Source: Azolla caroliniana (Eukaryota > Plantae > Polypodiophyta). Taken from it: DNA of 64,000 nucleotides. Both the position numbers and the translations under genes were made by a program. This document shows positions 26,261-39,900 of this stretch, piece after piece. Below the pieces are notes generated by a model. That model was not told the origin of the DNA and searched no databases. It saw only the letters and a program-made list of their open reading frames with translations. The stretch spans positions 9,672,001 through 9,736,000 of the forward strand of contig JBHGNT010000001.1 of the NCBI GenBank assembly GCA_043228905.1, given 5' to 3'. Numbering within the stretch: position 1 is the stretch's first letter; each line of letters starts with the position of its first letter.

Positions 26261-29200
26261 TGATGGGGGTCAAAGCAACTTAAAAGGCAGAAAAGAGAAG
26301 ATCTATTACCAATATGCAACTTTGCCACAAGAAAGTACAACCTTCTCAACAGCTTTTACATTATTGGTCAAGGGATTCAACAAACATTCAGCACAAAAGC
26401 AAATGGATGACGATTCTTGCATTCTCATTCCTCAGCTTCTATTATGTTCATACATATATGTTGAGAGACAAGCTCAACATCGGCCGGATCGGTTGAAGAA
26501 GCCGAGGACCGGATTGGTTGGTACCGATCGGTTAGGCCGAGTGCGTAAACCGGGAGGCCGTTAGGAAAGATATTCCGTGAGGAATATATTTGGGAGTTAG
26601 TGTAGGAGCTCTTAAAGAGCATTGAAGTACGGTCAGTACTTCAGTCAGTCCTTCGAGGACTTGTATAAAAGTGTTCATTGAACACACATTTGTATATAGA
26701 GTAGTGAATCGAGTTTTTGTTGAATATAGTTCTTGTGTTTTCTCTCTCTCACTCTCTCTGTCTCTCCCGCGTATACTGCGTAAGCTCAAGCTCTCCATTA
26801 AACCTGAGTGTTCTTCCTTCTGTTCCGTCTTCATACTTGCTTCCGCACGCTACTTTCTACATGGTATCAGAGCGTGAGGGTTGAGAACCTCTCTGCAGCC
26901 GACACAGCTTGACGAAGAAGAACGAGAAGAACGATGGATAGAGGCATGGCGAGCTCGCTTCCAACAGAGAAGCTCGACAGAACCAACTACGCGTCTTGGT
27001 CTTACAAGATGCACCAGTACCTACTCGAGCACGGCTACTGGAGTTATGTCGAAGGAGCTAATGATGCGGCACCCAAATCGACACACAGAGACTTCCTGTC
27101 GTGGGAGCAATCGGCGAGCAGGGTATTATACTGCTTCGCGTCGTGTGTGGGCGAACAACTATTGAGCTATGTTCGGGATGCAAAGACGCCGAAGGGTGCG
27201 TGGGAAAATCTGAAGAAGATTTTCGCCACGAGCACCACAGCCAGGAAGCTTCAGCTCCGACAGGAGTTGAGCAACCTACGACTACGCGACTTGTCGGTGG
27301 CGGACTATACCTCGAAGATCAAGGATATTTGCGACTCCCTCGCCTCCATAGAGGTGAACATCGAGGAGAGCGAGATGGTCCAGATCTTTCTCAGAGGTTT
27401 GGCGTCGAAGTTCGGAGCGTTCCGAACGGTTGTGTGTACCCGGGAGAATACGCCGTCCTTTTTTGACTTACAGTCAATGCTCCTGGTAGAGGAGAACCAC
27501 GCAGGTGCGTCTACAAGCACGCACACCGACAGCAGAATGTTGTACATGGAGGGAGATAGGCCTTGTGGACGTGGAGGACGAGGCAAGTCGGCGCGCAATG
27601 GAGGTGGCCGACGAGATCAAGGAAGAAGGCACCGAAGTGATGCCGACGGCAACTCCGGACCCTCTGGAAACAGGGGGAGTCGAAGCGATGAGAACCGGCA
27701 AGGAAAGGCCATCGCGGAGTGCTGGTACTGTGGCAAGAAAGGCCACAGGGAAAGTGAGTGCTGGAAGAAGCGCGCCAATTCGGAGAGAACTGGTTCCGGA
27801 AACGGCTCCAGCCATACCGACAAGGGAAATCGGCAGCGATCACACTACGCCGAAGACTACGGGAGAGCCGAAGAAGGGACTGCCTTCGTGATGAGACACG
27901 AAGCAAACTCAATGAAACAGACCACCCCGAGATCGGACGAGGTGTGGTACGTAGACTCCGGCGCGTCAAACCACATGACGAGCCATAAGGAGTGGTTCTC
28001 ATACCTCGAAAAACCGATACAACCTGGAGTAGTCGCAACTGGAGACGACACTCCGCATCCAATCACGAATGTCGGAGAAGTTCCCCTTAGCCATGTTGGG
28101 CAGAAAGGGAAACTCATGAACGTGTTGCACGTTCCGACAATCACGAAGAACTTGATCTCGATCGGACAGATCGTCGACCAAGGGATGGAGGTCCGGTTTA
28201 CACACCTCGGGTGCTTCATTGAGGAAGAAGGCCGTGTGATTGCGCAAGGGCGCAGAGACGGGAGGATGTTCATCCTCGACTCCACTGACGGCGGCACCGC
28301 AATGTTTGCAAAAGGGACAAAAAGCCGAGTCGGACATTGACTTGTGGCACAAGCGGATAGGCCACGTCAACCAGTAGCGGCTTCAAAATCTGCAATCGAA
28401 ACAGGTAATGTTCGGATTGCCCAAATTTAGTGGCCGAAAGGCACAAATTTGTGAAGCCTGCCAGCTCGGGAAGCAACACCGACTTCCTTTCCCAAACGAG
28501 CGAAACCGGAGCCGGAACAAGCTCGACCTTATACACTCTGATGTATGGGGGCCGGCACAAAATGTTAGTCTTGGCGGGAGCCAATATCTCGTCTCCTTCA
28601 TCGACGACCACACGCAGCACACGTGAATCTACCTCATTGAGAGGAAGACCGAAGTCTTCGACTGTTTCCGGGACCTCAAAGGGTTCGTGGAAACGGAAAC
28701 GGGACAAAAGATCAAGTGTCTGCGGTCAGATGGCGGGAAAGAGTACTTTTCCGGTCAATTCAACGGTTACCTACAACAAATGGGAATTCACCGCGAATTC
28801 AGTTGTAGATACACGCCGGAGCAGAACGGCGTGGCCGAAAGGAAGAATCGGTCAGTTGTGGAAGCGGCACGGGCAATGCTGGAGGAGAAGAGCTTGCCCA
28901 AGTTCTACTAGGCCGAGGCGGTAAGGACCGCGGTATACATCCAAAACCGGATCGGAGACAAAGTGTCGGCGCACGAGCTATATTTCGGAACGAAGCCGAA
29001 TTTGCAACACTTGAGGGTGTTCGGTAGCATTGCGTATGTGCATATACCGAAGGAGAAAAGGAGGAAGCTGGACGCAAAGGCCGAGAAATGCATCTTGGTC
29101 AGTTACTCAGACGAGCAGAAGGGTTATAAGTGCTATAACCCTCGCACCAAACAAGCGCGTGTCAGTCGCGACGTTGTGTTTGACGAGTCCGCGTCCTGGT

Positions 29201-31499
29201 ACCAGCCCCCGACTCCAATCCAAGCTCTGACGATGAGGTCAGCGAGGCCGAGATGCCTCCAGATGAGCCCGAAATCGAGACCCGCGAAGAGAGTCCGATT
29301 TCACTCCGGTTAAGTGGACCGATTGGACGACTGAGTCGGTACGACCAGTCCGATGAAGAGCCAGCGAGTAGTGGAGACTCGGCCGTGCATTCCCCGCGCA
29401 GGAAGCCGAGGAGACGGCTTATGCGCAAAGAGAAAGGGAAGAAGAAGGTGTCGGATTCCGGCACGGATAAGAACGAGTCAGACCGACGCGAGTCCGACTC
29501 CGAGGGAACCGGTGACGGGTCTTTAAAGGTGAAGACCGCGTCGACCGAGAAGGCCTCGACATCGGCTAATGTGAGATTACGCCGATCTACCCGCCAGAAG
29601 AATCCTGTTTTGCGGTTCGGATACAACGAGTACATGGCGCATCATTATGCGTACATGACCCGTGTAGCGGAAGTGCATGAGCCAGAGAGCTACGCAGAAG
29701 CGGCTAAAGACGCGAATTGGCGTGCCGTGATGGAGGAAGAGATGCACACATTGGCAGAGAACGAGACCTGGGACGTGGTTGACGCTCCAAAAGGGGTAAA
29801 ACCGATCGGGTGTAGGTGGGTGTACAAGTTCAAGTACAACACCGATGGCTCCGTTAACCGGTCGGAGTGATCAGTTAGTTCATGGCCCGACCTACCGAGG
29901 AGCACCTTCAATGTGCGCAACGTGTTGTCGCATTGTTACGCGCGTGCGTGGAGAAAGGCGGGACCACGGACGCGAACGTATATATATATATATATATATA
30001 TATAGAAGAAGAATACATTCCCGGCTTCGAGCCGGACCAAGATAGCTTACAACAGTCGTCTGCTGTCAAGTCGCCGTCGGGGAGCTCTCAGGCTCGTCGC
30101 ACCGAGCGGGGTCTTGCACAAGAGATGAGCTGCAGCAAACCCTAAGCGAACACGAAGGAGAAGAAGAAGAAGAAGCTAACTCTAAACCTAACGGTATACC
30201 CTCTAATGCAAAATGGGCAACCCCTTCACAAAGGGTGTTCCCTTCCTTTTATAGAACAAGGAAAGGGATGCGTTACAATGTGGGACAAATCCCGCCTTAC
30301 ATGGGATCGTTTGCCCCGACTTGACTACTCTTCGGCGCCATAAAGGCGCCCTCGATATTCACACTAAATGTACATGGGTGCATACATACGCTGCACCCCA
30401 CCGATGTAGCCAATGTTTCCCGATTTCCATCTCTGGCCGAAATTCTTCACGACACCCGCCCCCACCTAACCGCACATCCACCGGTATGTGCCAAGTCCGG
30501 TTGAAGGGTGAGAGATTTCGGCCGGTGAGAAACCGATCTTCCGTGATCCGCATCCCGGCTCGCTGCCGGTTTGACCCGTTGGCTTCGAGTCTTCCTTCGC
30601 GCTCGCCTCCCCGTAGGCTCGTTCGACCCGTCGACGGGTCCTTTGCCGCGATCTCCGTAGTACGCGTACTTCCGCTGGCCCTTGTTCGGCCGTATGAACG
30701 CCCCGCTCTCGTCGTATGCCCGATGTCCTCCGCTTGAGGCATGCCCGTAGTAGCCCGCTTGGCCTCTGTTGATCATTCGCGTCGTCATGATTGTCGTCCC
30801 ATGTCGTTTCGTGTTGCCCTCGTCCTCTCGCCACCACCTTCCTTCTCCATGGTCTTACATCGCCGAGTCGGCTCGAATCGCCATGGTCTCCGGAACGGTG
30901 TCAAGGATCCCTTTCTAGCCTTCTCCGTGCTACCTCCGAACTGCGCAACCTATTTCCGCGCTCGCCTTTCCGCTCCGGCACCTCCGTGTGCCACATACCC
31001 TCGTCCGTTGTTTGGCACTACCTGTGTTGCACTCCTCGTCGGCCCCTCTTCCGACCAGATCGTGCTTCGCCGCTCACTCGCATACCGGCGTCCTTTGCGT
31101 CCGAGGAACACCCCGTAGTAGCCCGCATGGCCCTTCCCGTCTTCGTGTTGCCGCGATAGGTCCTAAGTCTTCCGCTTGTCGTCGTCCCCTCGCCCCCACC
31201 AGTGTGTCATCCCGGCTTGCCGTGTCAGTCTTCGCTACTTCGACGGAGCTACCGAGATCTACGAAGCGAGTGTGGAGGATCCTCCTCCGGCCTCTCTTGC
31301 CATTCCCTGACTCCGACCCTGTGCAGTCCACTAGGCACTTGTCACCTTGTTCCCGGCACCTCCCTTGTGCCATCTTCCGCTTCCTTCGTTCGGCCCCACC
31401 CGCGCCGAACATCGTCCCGTAGTCACGCTTCGATCCGGCCCACGATGGCCACTTGCGAGACTCATGTTTTGTCCCAGGTGTGCCTTTCTGGCTCGACAC

Positions 31500-32090
31500 A
31501 CCTCCCCGTGTTTTGCCGTTACCGGCTCCTTACGAAACCTCGTGTCGTCGGGTCATGTTCCCTGTTGCCACCGTCCTTCTCCCTCGGTCTTACGTTGCCA
31601 CGTTGGCCGAACAACCGGAGTCTCCGGATTGGTGTGAGGGTCCCATAGGACCGGACTCCGTTTCTATGCTTGCCGAAATTCGGGTGTCTTTGTTTGAGTC
31701 CTTCCCGGACTCTCCTCGTGTCTTCCGCGTAGTCCGGTCCCGTTTCCCGCCGCCACCTTCCTTCTCCCTCAGTCTTACGTTGCCTCGTTGGCCGAACAGC
31801 CGGAGTCTCCGGTTAAGTGTGGGGATCCCGTAGGACCAGACTTCCTTATGCCCATTGCCTTCGTCACCTCGCCGGCACCATCAGTATCTTGGTCTTACGT
31901 CGACTGTGTTGCCAACTGCCGAAGTCTCTAGAACCGGTGTGAAGGATCCTCCGTAGACCGCCCGTCCGTAGCCCCTTTTGTCTTCGTCACCTCGCCGCCA
32001 CCGTCAGTATCTTGGTCTTACGTCGACCGCGTTGCCAACTGCCGAAGTCTCTAGAACCGGTGTGAAGGATCCTCCGTAGACCGCCCATTC
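31500..32090 (-). repeat. Degenerate tandem repeats inside element G, including a near-perfect ~123-bp pair
   Basis: TTCGTCACCTCGCC...GGATCCTCCGTAGACCGCCC occurs at ~31860 and ~31983. Related GGTCTTACGT...CCGGAGTCTCCGG units lie upstream. Confidence 0.8.
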
Positions 32091-33251
32091 GTCTTCCCGA
32101 CCCTGTCCCGGGTCGTCCCTTTCCACATGCCGAGAGGGCGGTTTACTCCGCACCCTCTCCCGTGGTATCGACGTACCGTGTCCTTGGCCTCTTCGTAGGC
32201 CAGCTCTCTTCCTCCCTCCCGGAATGGTCATCCGGGAGTCCGCTCTGCCCGGTTCTGGCTCGGGTCCGTTCGTCCTTCCTTCGGATTGCCGAGTCCCGTT
32301 CGTTCACCTGTCGCCATCAACTCTCTTGTTGGACTCACGCTGGCACTCGGGCCTGCAGCCGGATCGGTGTAAGGAATCCCATAGGACTAGCTTTCATTCT
32401 CTTTCCAACTCTCGACCTTCGCCCGGTCGGTCTTTCTCCCCATGTAAAAGAGGGCGGCTCGTCCCGCACCCCCTTCCGTATCGGCACTTTCACGCCGAAT
32501 CCGACCCCGATCGAACGATCCACGACCGGATCACGCTCCACCCATATCGAAATGCGGATCCCCTCGTGCCGCGTCCGTCCTCGGCTTCCTCGCAGGCCGT
32601 TTCCCATCCGACTTCGTTGGCATCGTGCCAGGACTCCTCGGTACCGCTATCCATCTCCTCGGTCTTACATGGGCATACAGGCCCGAATGCCGAGTTCTCC
32701 GGAATCGGGTCCGTGGGCTTTCGTCCATTCCTTCCCCGTATCGTCTCGCCGATGATTCTCGGCCTTTTGCCGCCGCCTTCCTCCGCTTGGGACTCATGTG
32801 GGCACTCGGGCCTGACTGCCATCGTCCCAGGAGCAAGTGTGGGAAGACACAAAGAATCGCCCGTCCGTTTTACGCCCTTGTCCGTAGCCACCGACTCTTC
32901 GTGGTCGGCGGTCGTCTTCTTACCGATCGCGCAAGCCCCGTCTGGGCTTGCTTCTCCCATGACCGGGATCTCGGGCTGACACGCCCGAAACCGCTGGTCC
33001 CAACGTTCCGATTCCGCGATCTGTATCTCGGCCTCGTCCTTGGCCGTTCTATCTCCGCAAGTCGAGAGGGCGTTTCGTTCCGCACCCTCTCCCGTGGTAC
33101 CGTCGTACCGATCTACCGCCGTCGCGTGGGGCAAGTACGTCTTCTCAGTCTCAGCTTGCGGCCTCCGTCTTTCCTCTTCCTCGAGCATCGCCTCGAGAGC
33201 TGCATACGCCTCCGCAATCCTGGCCCCAACGCCGACCCTTGCCGACTCTCT

Positions 33252-33929
33252 CTACCGTTCAGCCTCTTCCCGCTGTGATGGCACGCCGTCGCGTACCTTC
33301 CTCTTAGCCTTCTCGGCTCGCTCGTTGTCTAGCCATTGGCACACCCTTCCGACCTTCGACCAGTCCTCCGTAAGCCCATTTGCTCCGTCATCGTCATCGA
33401 GCTCAATCCCGATGGCTTCCCGTTCCACTCGGTCGATCGACCTGACGAACAAAAGGACTTTGTCCGCCCCCACCAAACCTTGTTCCCGCTTTGGGAGCCG
33501 GGCAAGCCGTCGCTCGAACTCTCGGAACGCCTTCGTCGCGCCCTGGTGGGTCTTTGCCGATGCTACCCACTGGTCGAAGTCGTGCCATCCCCGGCTCTTC
33601 CGCCGTCCTCCGTATGCCTTTAGGAGCGCCTCTTCCAAGGCCTCCCACGAACTATGAGCCTCACAGAGCTCCTTTACTTCCGAATGCATCCGGACAGCTA
33701 CGACCCAGCAGAAGAACTCCAGCCTCAACGCCTCGTCTACGCCACGCTCCTCCATTTCCGCGTTGTAGGCTTCCAAGTAAGATGGGACTTTGTCCCTGTT
33801 GAAACGGCCGACTCTTTCGACCACTCGCTCAACCGCTTGTTGCGCTGCTTCTCGCCTCATCACCACTCGTGCCGACTCCAACACCACTTCGGCCACCATC
33901 TCTGCTAGGTCGTCGTCTTCCAACTCCAT
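33252..33929 (-). CDS. Element G gag-like protein, 225 aa, followed by a degenerate acidic repeat-rich extension
   Basis: Starts just after the PBS. Motifs GRFNRDKVPSYLEAY, SWEALEEALLKAY and DKVLLFVRSID. Homologous to the element H ORF. Confidence 0.8.
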   Translation of the reverse strand: MELEDDDLAEMVAEVVLESARVVMRREAAQQAVERVVERVGRFNRDKVPSYLEAYNAEMEERGVDEALRLEFFCWVVAVRMHSEVKELCEAHSSWEALEEALLKAYGGRRKSRGWHDFDQWVASAKTHQGATKAFREFERRLARLPKREQGLVGADKVLLFVRSIDRVEREAIGIELDDDDGANGLTEDWSKVGRVCQWLDNERAEKAKRKVRDGVPSQREEAER

Positions 33930-36589
33930 CCTCCCTTGCCGCCTTTCACGTCGGGTTCACCAAATATGTCGCGTTGTTATGCGCGTGCGTGGAGAAAGGC
34001 AAGACCACGGGGGTCTTGGACCAGGGAGTGACGGAGCGTAGGAAGTCGTGCTTCACCGTTTCCGGGGAATCCTAGAAGAACACCAGAAGCGACCGAAGGG
34101 AGAGAGAGAGAGAGGGAGCGCGCGCTTAACACCGACTCACGCACACACACGCGCGCACACACACATGCCGACCCGATTCACGCCCTTATGTACAGGAAAC
34201 GTAGGAAAGGGGAAGCACCCGACACCAACCGAGACGCGAACATACACAGACAGACGCGAACGTATATATATATATAGAAGAAGAAGAAGAATACATTCCC
34301 GGCTTCGAGCCGGACCAAGATAGCTTACAACAGTCGTCTGCTGTCAAGTCGCCGTCGGGGAGCTCTCAGGCTCGTCGCACCGAGCGGGGTCTTGCACAAG
34401 AGATGAGCTGCAGCAAACCCTAAGCGAACACGAAGGGGAAGAAGAAGAAGAAGCTAACTCTAAACCTAACGGTATACCCTCTAATGCAAAATGGGCAACC
34501 CCTTCACAAAGGGTGTTCCCTTCCTTTTATAGAACAAGGAAAGGGATGCGTTACAATGTGGGACAAATCCCGCCTTACATGGGATCGTTTGCCCCGACTT
34601 GACTACTCTTCGGCGCCATAAAGGCGCCCTCGATATTCACACTAAATGTACATGGGTGCGTACACACGCTGCACCCCGCCAATGTAGCCAATGTTTCCCG
34701 GTTTCCGCCTCTGGCCGAAATTCTTCACGACAGCGTACTGTGGTACGTAAGCGGCACTAAGGACCGCGGACTGCTATATCGGACCAGGGCAGCCACGCAG
34801 TTAGTCAGCTACACAGATGTTGATTAGGCTGGCAACGCCGCCAATCGCCGATCCACGTCTGGATACACATTCTCCCTCGGGAGTGCCGTGATCACGTGGA
34901 GCAGTAAGAAGCAGCCGACAGTTGCACTGTCGAGCACCGAAGCTGAGTACCGAGGAGCGGTTGTCGCGACATGCGAAGCCATATGGTTGAAGCAGCTACT
35001 TAAGGATCTGGAGGTGGAGGTGTCTGATCCAACGACGATCTACTGCGACAACCTCAGCAGCATCCAGCTCGCGAAAAACCCCGTCTTCCACACACGGACC
35101 AAGCACATTGAGGTGCACTACCATTTCGTCCGTGAGCGTGTCCTTTCCGGTGAAGTCGAACTTCAGTACGTTCCGATGGATCGGCAAGCTGCCGACATCT
35201 TCACCAAGCCTCTTGGTCTAGACAAGTTGTGGCAATTCTCAGGTGCGCTCGGATTGCATCACCTTGACCTGCCGAACTTGAGGGGGAGAACAGTCCCGAA
35301 CGACCAAGCAAAGCAGCAAGAAAGGAGCGGAGACCGCGACACCGAGTCGGTTGACTCGGGTGTTGACTCGGTTGACGAGTTTGACTTCGGATCGGCTGAA
35401 GAAGCCGAGGGCGGACCCGCGGAAAAGTCCGAAAGCAGACAGAAGGGGACCAGCCGAAGGAGAGAGCCAAAGCCAACCACGCATGGGGAAGATGACGCCA
35501 TCGAGGGCGAGAAGACCGAAGACGAGTTGGAGACAGCCAACTCGGACGAGAGCGAAAACCGATCGGAGGTAGCCGAGTTGGTTCGGATGTTTGATTCAGA
35601 TACACTGAATCAACAGAGGCCCAAGCAGAAGAAAAGGTAGCAGGAGAAGCGTCAACACCGCAACAACAGAAGAGCTGATAAGGGCCGCATGAGTAGACAA
35701 GCCGACCGGAATGGTCGAAGCGCGCGGAGTCGAACAGGTCGAGGAGCACGAGCGAGGCGTGAAGCTAGGAGGAACCGGAGCTGTGAAGATCCCGAAGAGC
35801 CTCAAGTTGAGCTTGAGGGGGAGTGTTGAGAGACAACCTCAACATCGGCCGGATCGGCTGAAGAAGCCGAGGACCGGATCGGTTGGTACCGATCGGTTAG
35901 GCCGAGTGCGTAAACCGGGAGGCCGTTAGGAAAGATATTCCGTGAGGAATATATTTGGGAGTTAGTGTAGGAGCTCTTAAAGAGCATTGAAGTACGGTCA
36001 GTACTTCGGTCAGTCCTTCGAGGACTTGTATAAAAGTGTTCATTGAACACACATTTGTATATAGAGTAGTGAATCGAGTTTTTGTTGAATATAGTTCTTG
36101 TGTTTTCTCTCTCTCACTCTCTCTGTCTCTCCCGCGTATATTGCGTAAGCTCAAGCTCTCCATTAAACTTGAGTGTTCTTCCTTCTGTTCTGTCTTCATA
36201 CTTGCTTCCGCACGCTACTTTCTACAGTATATTCTGTTCCCAAGCTAGAGGATGGTCTCTTCATAGGTGAAAGAAGCAAGTTTGGAGAGCATTGGATTGA
36301 CCCCAAGTAGTTGTAAACAATTTGGTTGACTTCATGGTTGAAGTTTGTTCTAGTACATCCTACTGTTCAGAAGGTTATTGTGGTCATGAAGAGCTCAAGG
36401 TCTCATTGCAAGCTAGAAATCAAGAGTCACTGGAGCAATAGCAGATGAAGCACCAGGACCATGATGGTGTGCAGATAAATCTTCAAATCCTGAAGGCTCA
36501 GAAAACACTAGCCGTACTCCGTTCTGTATTGGAAATGGATCTCTACAAGATTGTTGAATTGTGGACTGCTTCAATTTATCATATTCATT

Positions 36590-36917
36590 TGTTGAGCGGC
36601 AAGCTCAACCGGAGCCGGATCGGCTGAATAAGCCGGAGCCGGTAAGCGAGACGGATCAGGCGAAACGAATCGGTATGACGGTGAGCAACCGAACCGGCAA
36701 GCAGTGGAGGCCGGGTGCAATCCGTAACCGGTAGTCCAATCGGAAGCCTAGTACAGGATAGACTACTAGGTAGCTATAGTCTCGTAGTAAGTGTCAGATG
36801 CTCGTGTGAGCATTGAAGTACATGGTACTTCTGTCAGTCCCAAGAGGACTTGTATAAATAGTGCTACTTAGCACAGTGTATATACAGAGTCTTGATATAA
36901 TTTTGAAATTACGTTCT

Positions 36918-36979
<62 letters not shown>

Positions 36980-39900
36980 GTTCTCTGTTTTACGCTTCCG
37001 CAAACACTCACGTTCACATGGTATCAGAGCGCGAGGGTTGAGAACCTCTGCTACAGACATTTACTCTTGAGAAGAAAACCCTAACAGGTCGAAAACAGAC
37101 ACAGTAGAAGACATGGATAGAGGCATGGCTACGTCGCTCCCGGTGGAGAAGCTCGACAGGAGCAACTACGCATCCTGGTCTTACAAGATGCACCAGTACC
37201 TGCTTGGACACGGGTATTGGAATTATGTCGAAGGAGCTAATGATGCGGCGCCAGACACGGCACACAAGGACTTCCCAATATGGGAACAAGCGGCAAGCAG
37301 GGTGATGTACTGCTTCGCGTCCAGTGTCGGCGATCAGCTGCTCAGCCACATCCGTGACGCCAAGACACCGAAGGATGCTTGGGGGAACCTGAAAAAGGTT
37401 TTCGCCGCAAGCACCACTACTTGGAAGCTGCAACTCAGACAGGAGTTGAGCAATGTTCGCCAGAAGAACATGTCCGTGGCAGACTACACGGGCCGGATAA
37501 AGGAGATCTGCGACTCGCTCGCCTCTATCAATGTTACCGTAGAGGAAGACGAGATGGTGCAGGTATGTCTCGGAGGCCTGGCGTCCAAGTTCGGAGTGTT
37601 CCGGACTGCGGTGTGTACAAGGGAGAATACCCCCTCATTCTTCAACTTACAGTCGATGCTCCTTGTAGAGGAGAACCACGCCGGTGCATCTACCAGTGCA
37701 TCCCCGGACAGCCGAATGTTGTACACGGGAATGGATCGGTTCCGTGGGCGTGGTGGAAGAGGTGGGTCGGCACGCAATGGAGGCGGCCGGCAAGAGCAGG
37801 AACGGAGGCACTATGAACGTGCTGACAGCAGTTCCGGGACTTCCACAAGCAGGGGGAGTCAAGGCGGTGCCGGAGGCCGGCAAGATAAATCTGCTACGGA
37901 ATGCTGGTACTGTGGCAAAAAAGGCCACAAGGAAAGCGAGTGCTGGAGAAAGCGTGCCGATTCAGACAAATCCGGATCCGGCAAGACCGGTAAGGATGGC
38001 CGGCAAAACTCGCACTACACAAACGGATCAGGAGGATCCGGAACCGGAAAGGCCGGTAAGGGGCCAGCCTTGGTGGTGAATCACAAGGCAAACTCAATGA
38101 AGAAGACCACTTCCAAAACGGAGGAAGTGTGGTATGTTGATTCCAGCGCGTCGAACCACATGACGAGCCACAAAGAGTGGTTCTCCTTTCTGGAGAAACC
38201 GGATCAACCAGGAGTAGTCAAAACCGGAGACGACACTCCTCACCCAATCGTGCACGTCGGAGAAGTCCCTCTAAGCCACGTCGGACAGAAAGGGAAGCTG
38301 ATGAACGTATTACACGTTCCGACAATCACGAAGAACCTGGTGTCCGTCGGTCAGATTGTCGACCAGGGGATGCAGGTGCGGTTTACGCACCTCGGGTGCT
38401 TCATTGAGGATGAGGGCGAAGTCATTGCGCAAGGGCGCAGAGACGGGAGGATGTTTATCCTCGACACCAATGACTTTGGCACCGCTCTGTTCGCGAAACG
38501 ACAGAAGGTCAAGTCGGACATCGACCTGTGGCACAAGCGGATAGGCCACGTCAACTACCGGAGGCTTCAAGACCTGCAAACGAAACAAGTCGTTTTCGGT
38601 TTGCCGAAGTTCAGCGGCCGGAGAGCCGAAATCTGTGAAGCCTGCCAACTTGGGAAGCAACATCGGCTTCCATTCCCCACCGAAAGGAACCGGAGCCGTA
38701 ACAAGCTCGATCTCATCCATTCGGATGTGTGGGGACCGGCACAAAGTGTAAGTCTTGGCAGGAGCCGATACTTCGTCTCCTTCATCGACGACTGTACTCA
38801 ACATACTTGGATCTACCTCATTGAGCGGAAGAGCGAAGTCTTCGACTGTTTCCGGAGCCTCCAGAAAATGGTGGAACGGGAATCGGAGAGGAAGATCAAA
38901 TGCCTTCGGTCGGATGGCGGAAAGGAATATTTTTCCGGCTAATTCACTAGTTATCTGCAACCGAAGGGAATTCGACGAGAGTTCAGCTGCAGATACACAC
39001 CGGAGCAAAACGGTGTGGCTGAAAGGAAGAACCGGACACTCGTCGAAGCGGCAAGGGCAATGCTGGAGGAAAAGAGCATGCCCCGGTTCTACTGGGCGGA
39101 GGTGGTTCAGACGGCCGTCTACATACAAAACCATATTGGTGACAAGGTGTCAGCTCATGAGCTGTATTTCAGGCGCAAGCCGAACTTAAGACACCTTCGG
39201 ATATTCGGCAGCATAGCGTATGTGCATGTGCCGGATCAAAAGCGAAGAAAGCTGGATGCAAAATCGGAAAAATGCATCCTAGTCGGCTATGCTCAAGAGC
39301 AAAAGGGGTATAAGTGCTATAACCCCCGGACGAAGGAAGTCCGAGTTAGCCGGGATGTCGAGTTCGATGAATCGGCATCCTGGTACTCCGTACCAACTCC
39401 GACTTCAGATCCCGACCCAATGTCGGAAGATCAGGCCAGTGAGCCTGAATCAGCCCTGGCAAAGGATGATGAAGTCGGGACTCAAGATGAGAGTCCGGAA
39501 TCATTACGGTTGAGTGGACCGAACGAGCGACTGAGTCGGTTGGACCAGTCGGATGTAGAGACGGCAAGTGGTGGAGACTTTGCCGTGTTCTCCCCGCGCA
39601 AGGAACCGAGGAAACGGTTCACGCGCAAAGAGAAGGGGAAGAGGAAGATGCCGGAATTCGAAACCGGCAACGATGAGTCGGATCGGTGCGTATCCGACTC
39701 CGGAAAGGAGAAAGGCGGAACTTCGGCAACGAAGACCGAACTGGCCAAGAAGGGCCTCAAATCAGGTGACGGTGCGTTGCGCCGATCAACCCGTCAGAAG
39801 GATCCCGTCATGCGGTACGGGTACAATGAATACATGGCGCATCATTATGCGTACATGACTAAGGTGACAGAAGTGCGTGAGTCGGAGAGCTACGCAGAAG

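Larger units (their letters stand above)
29926..34732 (-). mobile_element. Element G: Gag-only (pol-less) gypsy-like LTR element
   Basis: 5' LTR 33967-34732 (766 bp). 3' LTR 29926-30454 (529 bp, internal deletion). tRNA-Trp PBS TGGTGAACCCGACGTGA at 33962-33946. PPT at 30467-30455. 4-bp TSD GTGT/GCGT, whose removal restores the copia E frame QRVL. Confidence 0.92.
26934..35823 (+). pseudogene. Element E gag-pol polyprotein, fragmented
   Basis: Motifs: [79 protein letters not shown]. Multiple stops and frameshifts. The sequence jumps from DGSVNR to GVIS near 29863. Confidence 0.9.
26459..36226 (+). mobile_element. Element E: Ty1/copia retrotransposon, degenerate, with most of RT deleted and element G nested inside
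   Basis: LTRs at 26459-26861 and 35824-36226 (403 bp each). TSD ATATA/GTATA. PBS TGGTATCAGAGC at 26862-26873. PPT at 35815-35823. Confidence 0.95.

Noticed and set aside
30321-33280. Many overlapping 100-250 aa ORFs on both strands
   Set aside because: GC-rich, repeat-rich interior of element G with few stops. No recognisable domains, and the plus-strand ORFs are antisense shadows.
36445-36627. Plus-strand 60-aa ORF between copias E and F
   Set aside because: It is the antisense of the captured HEI10 segment.
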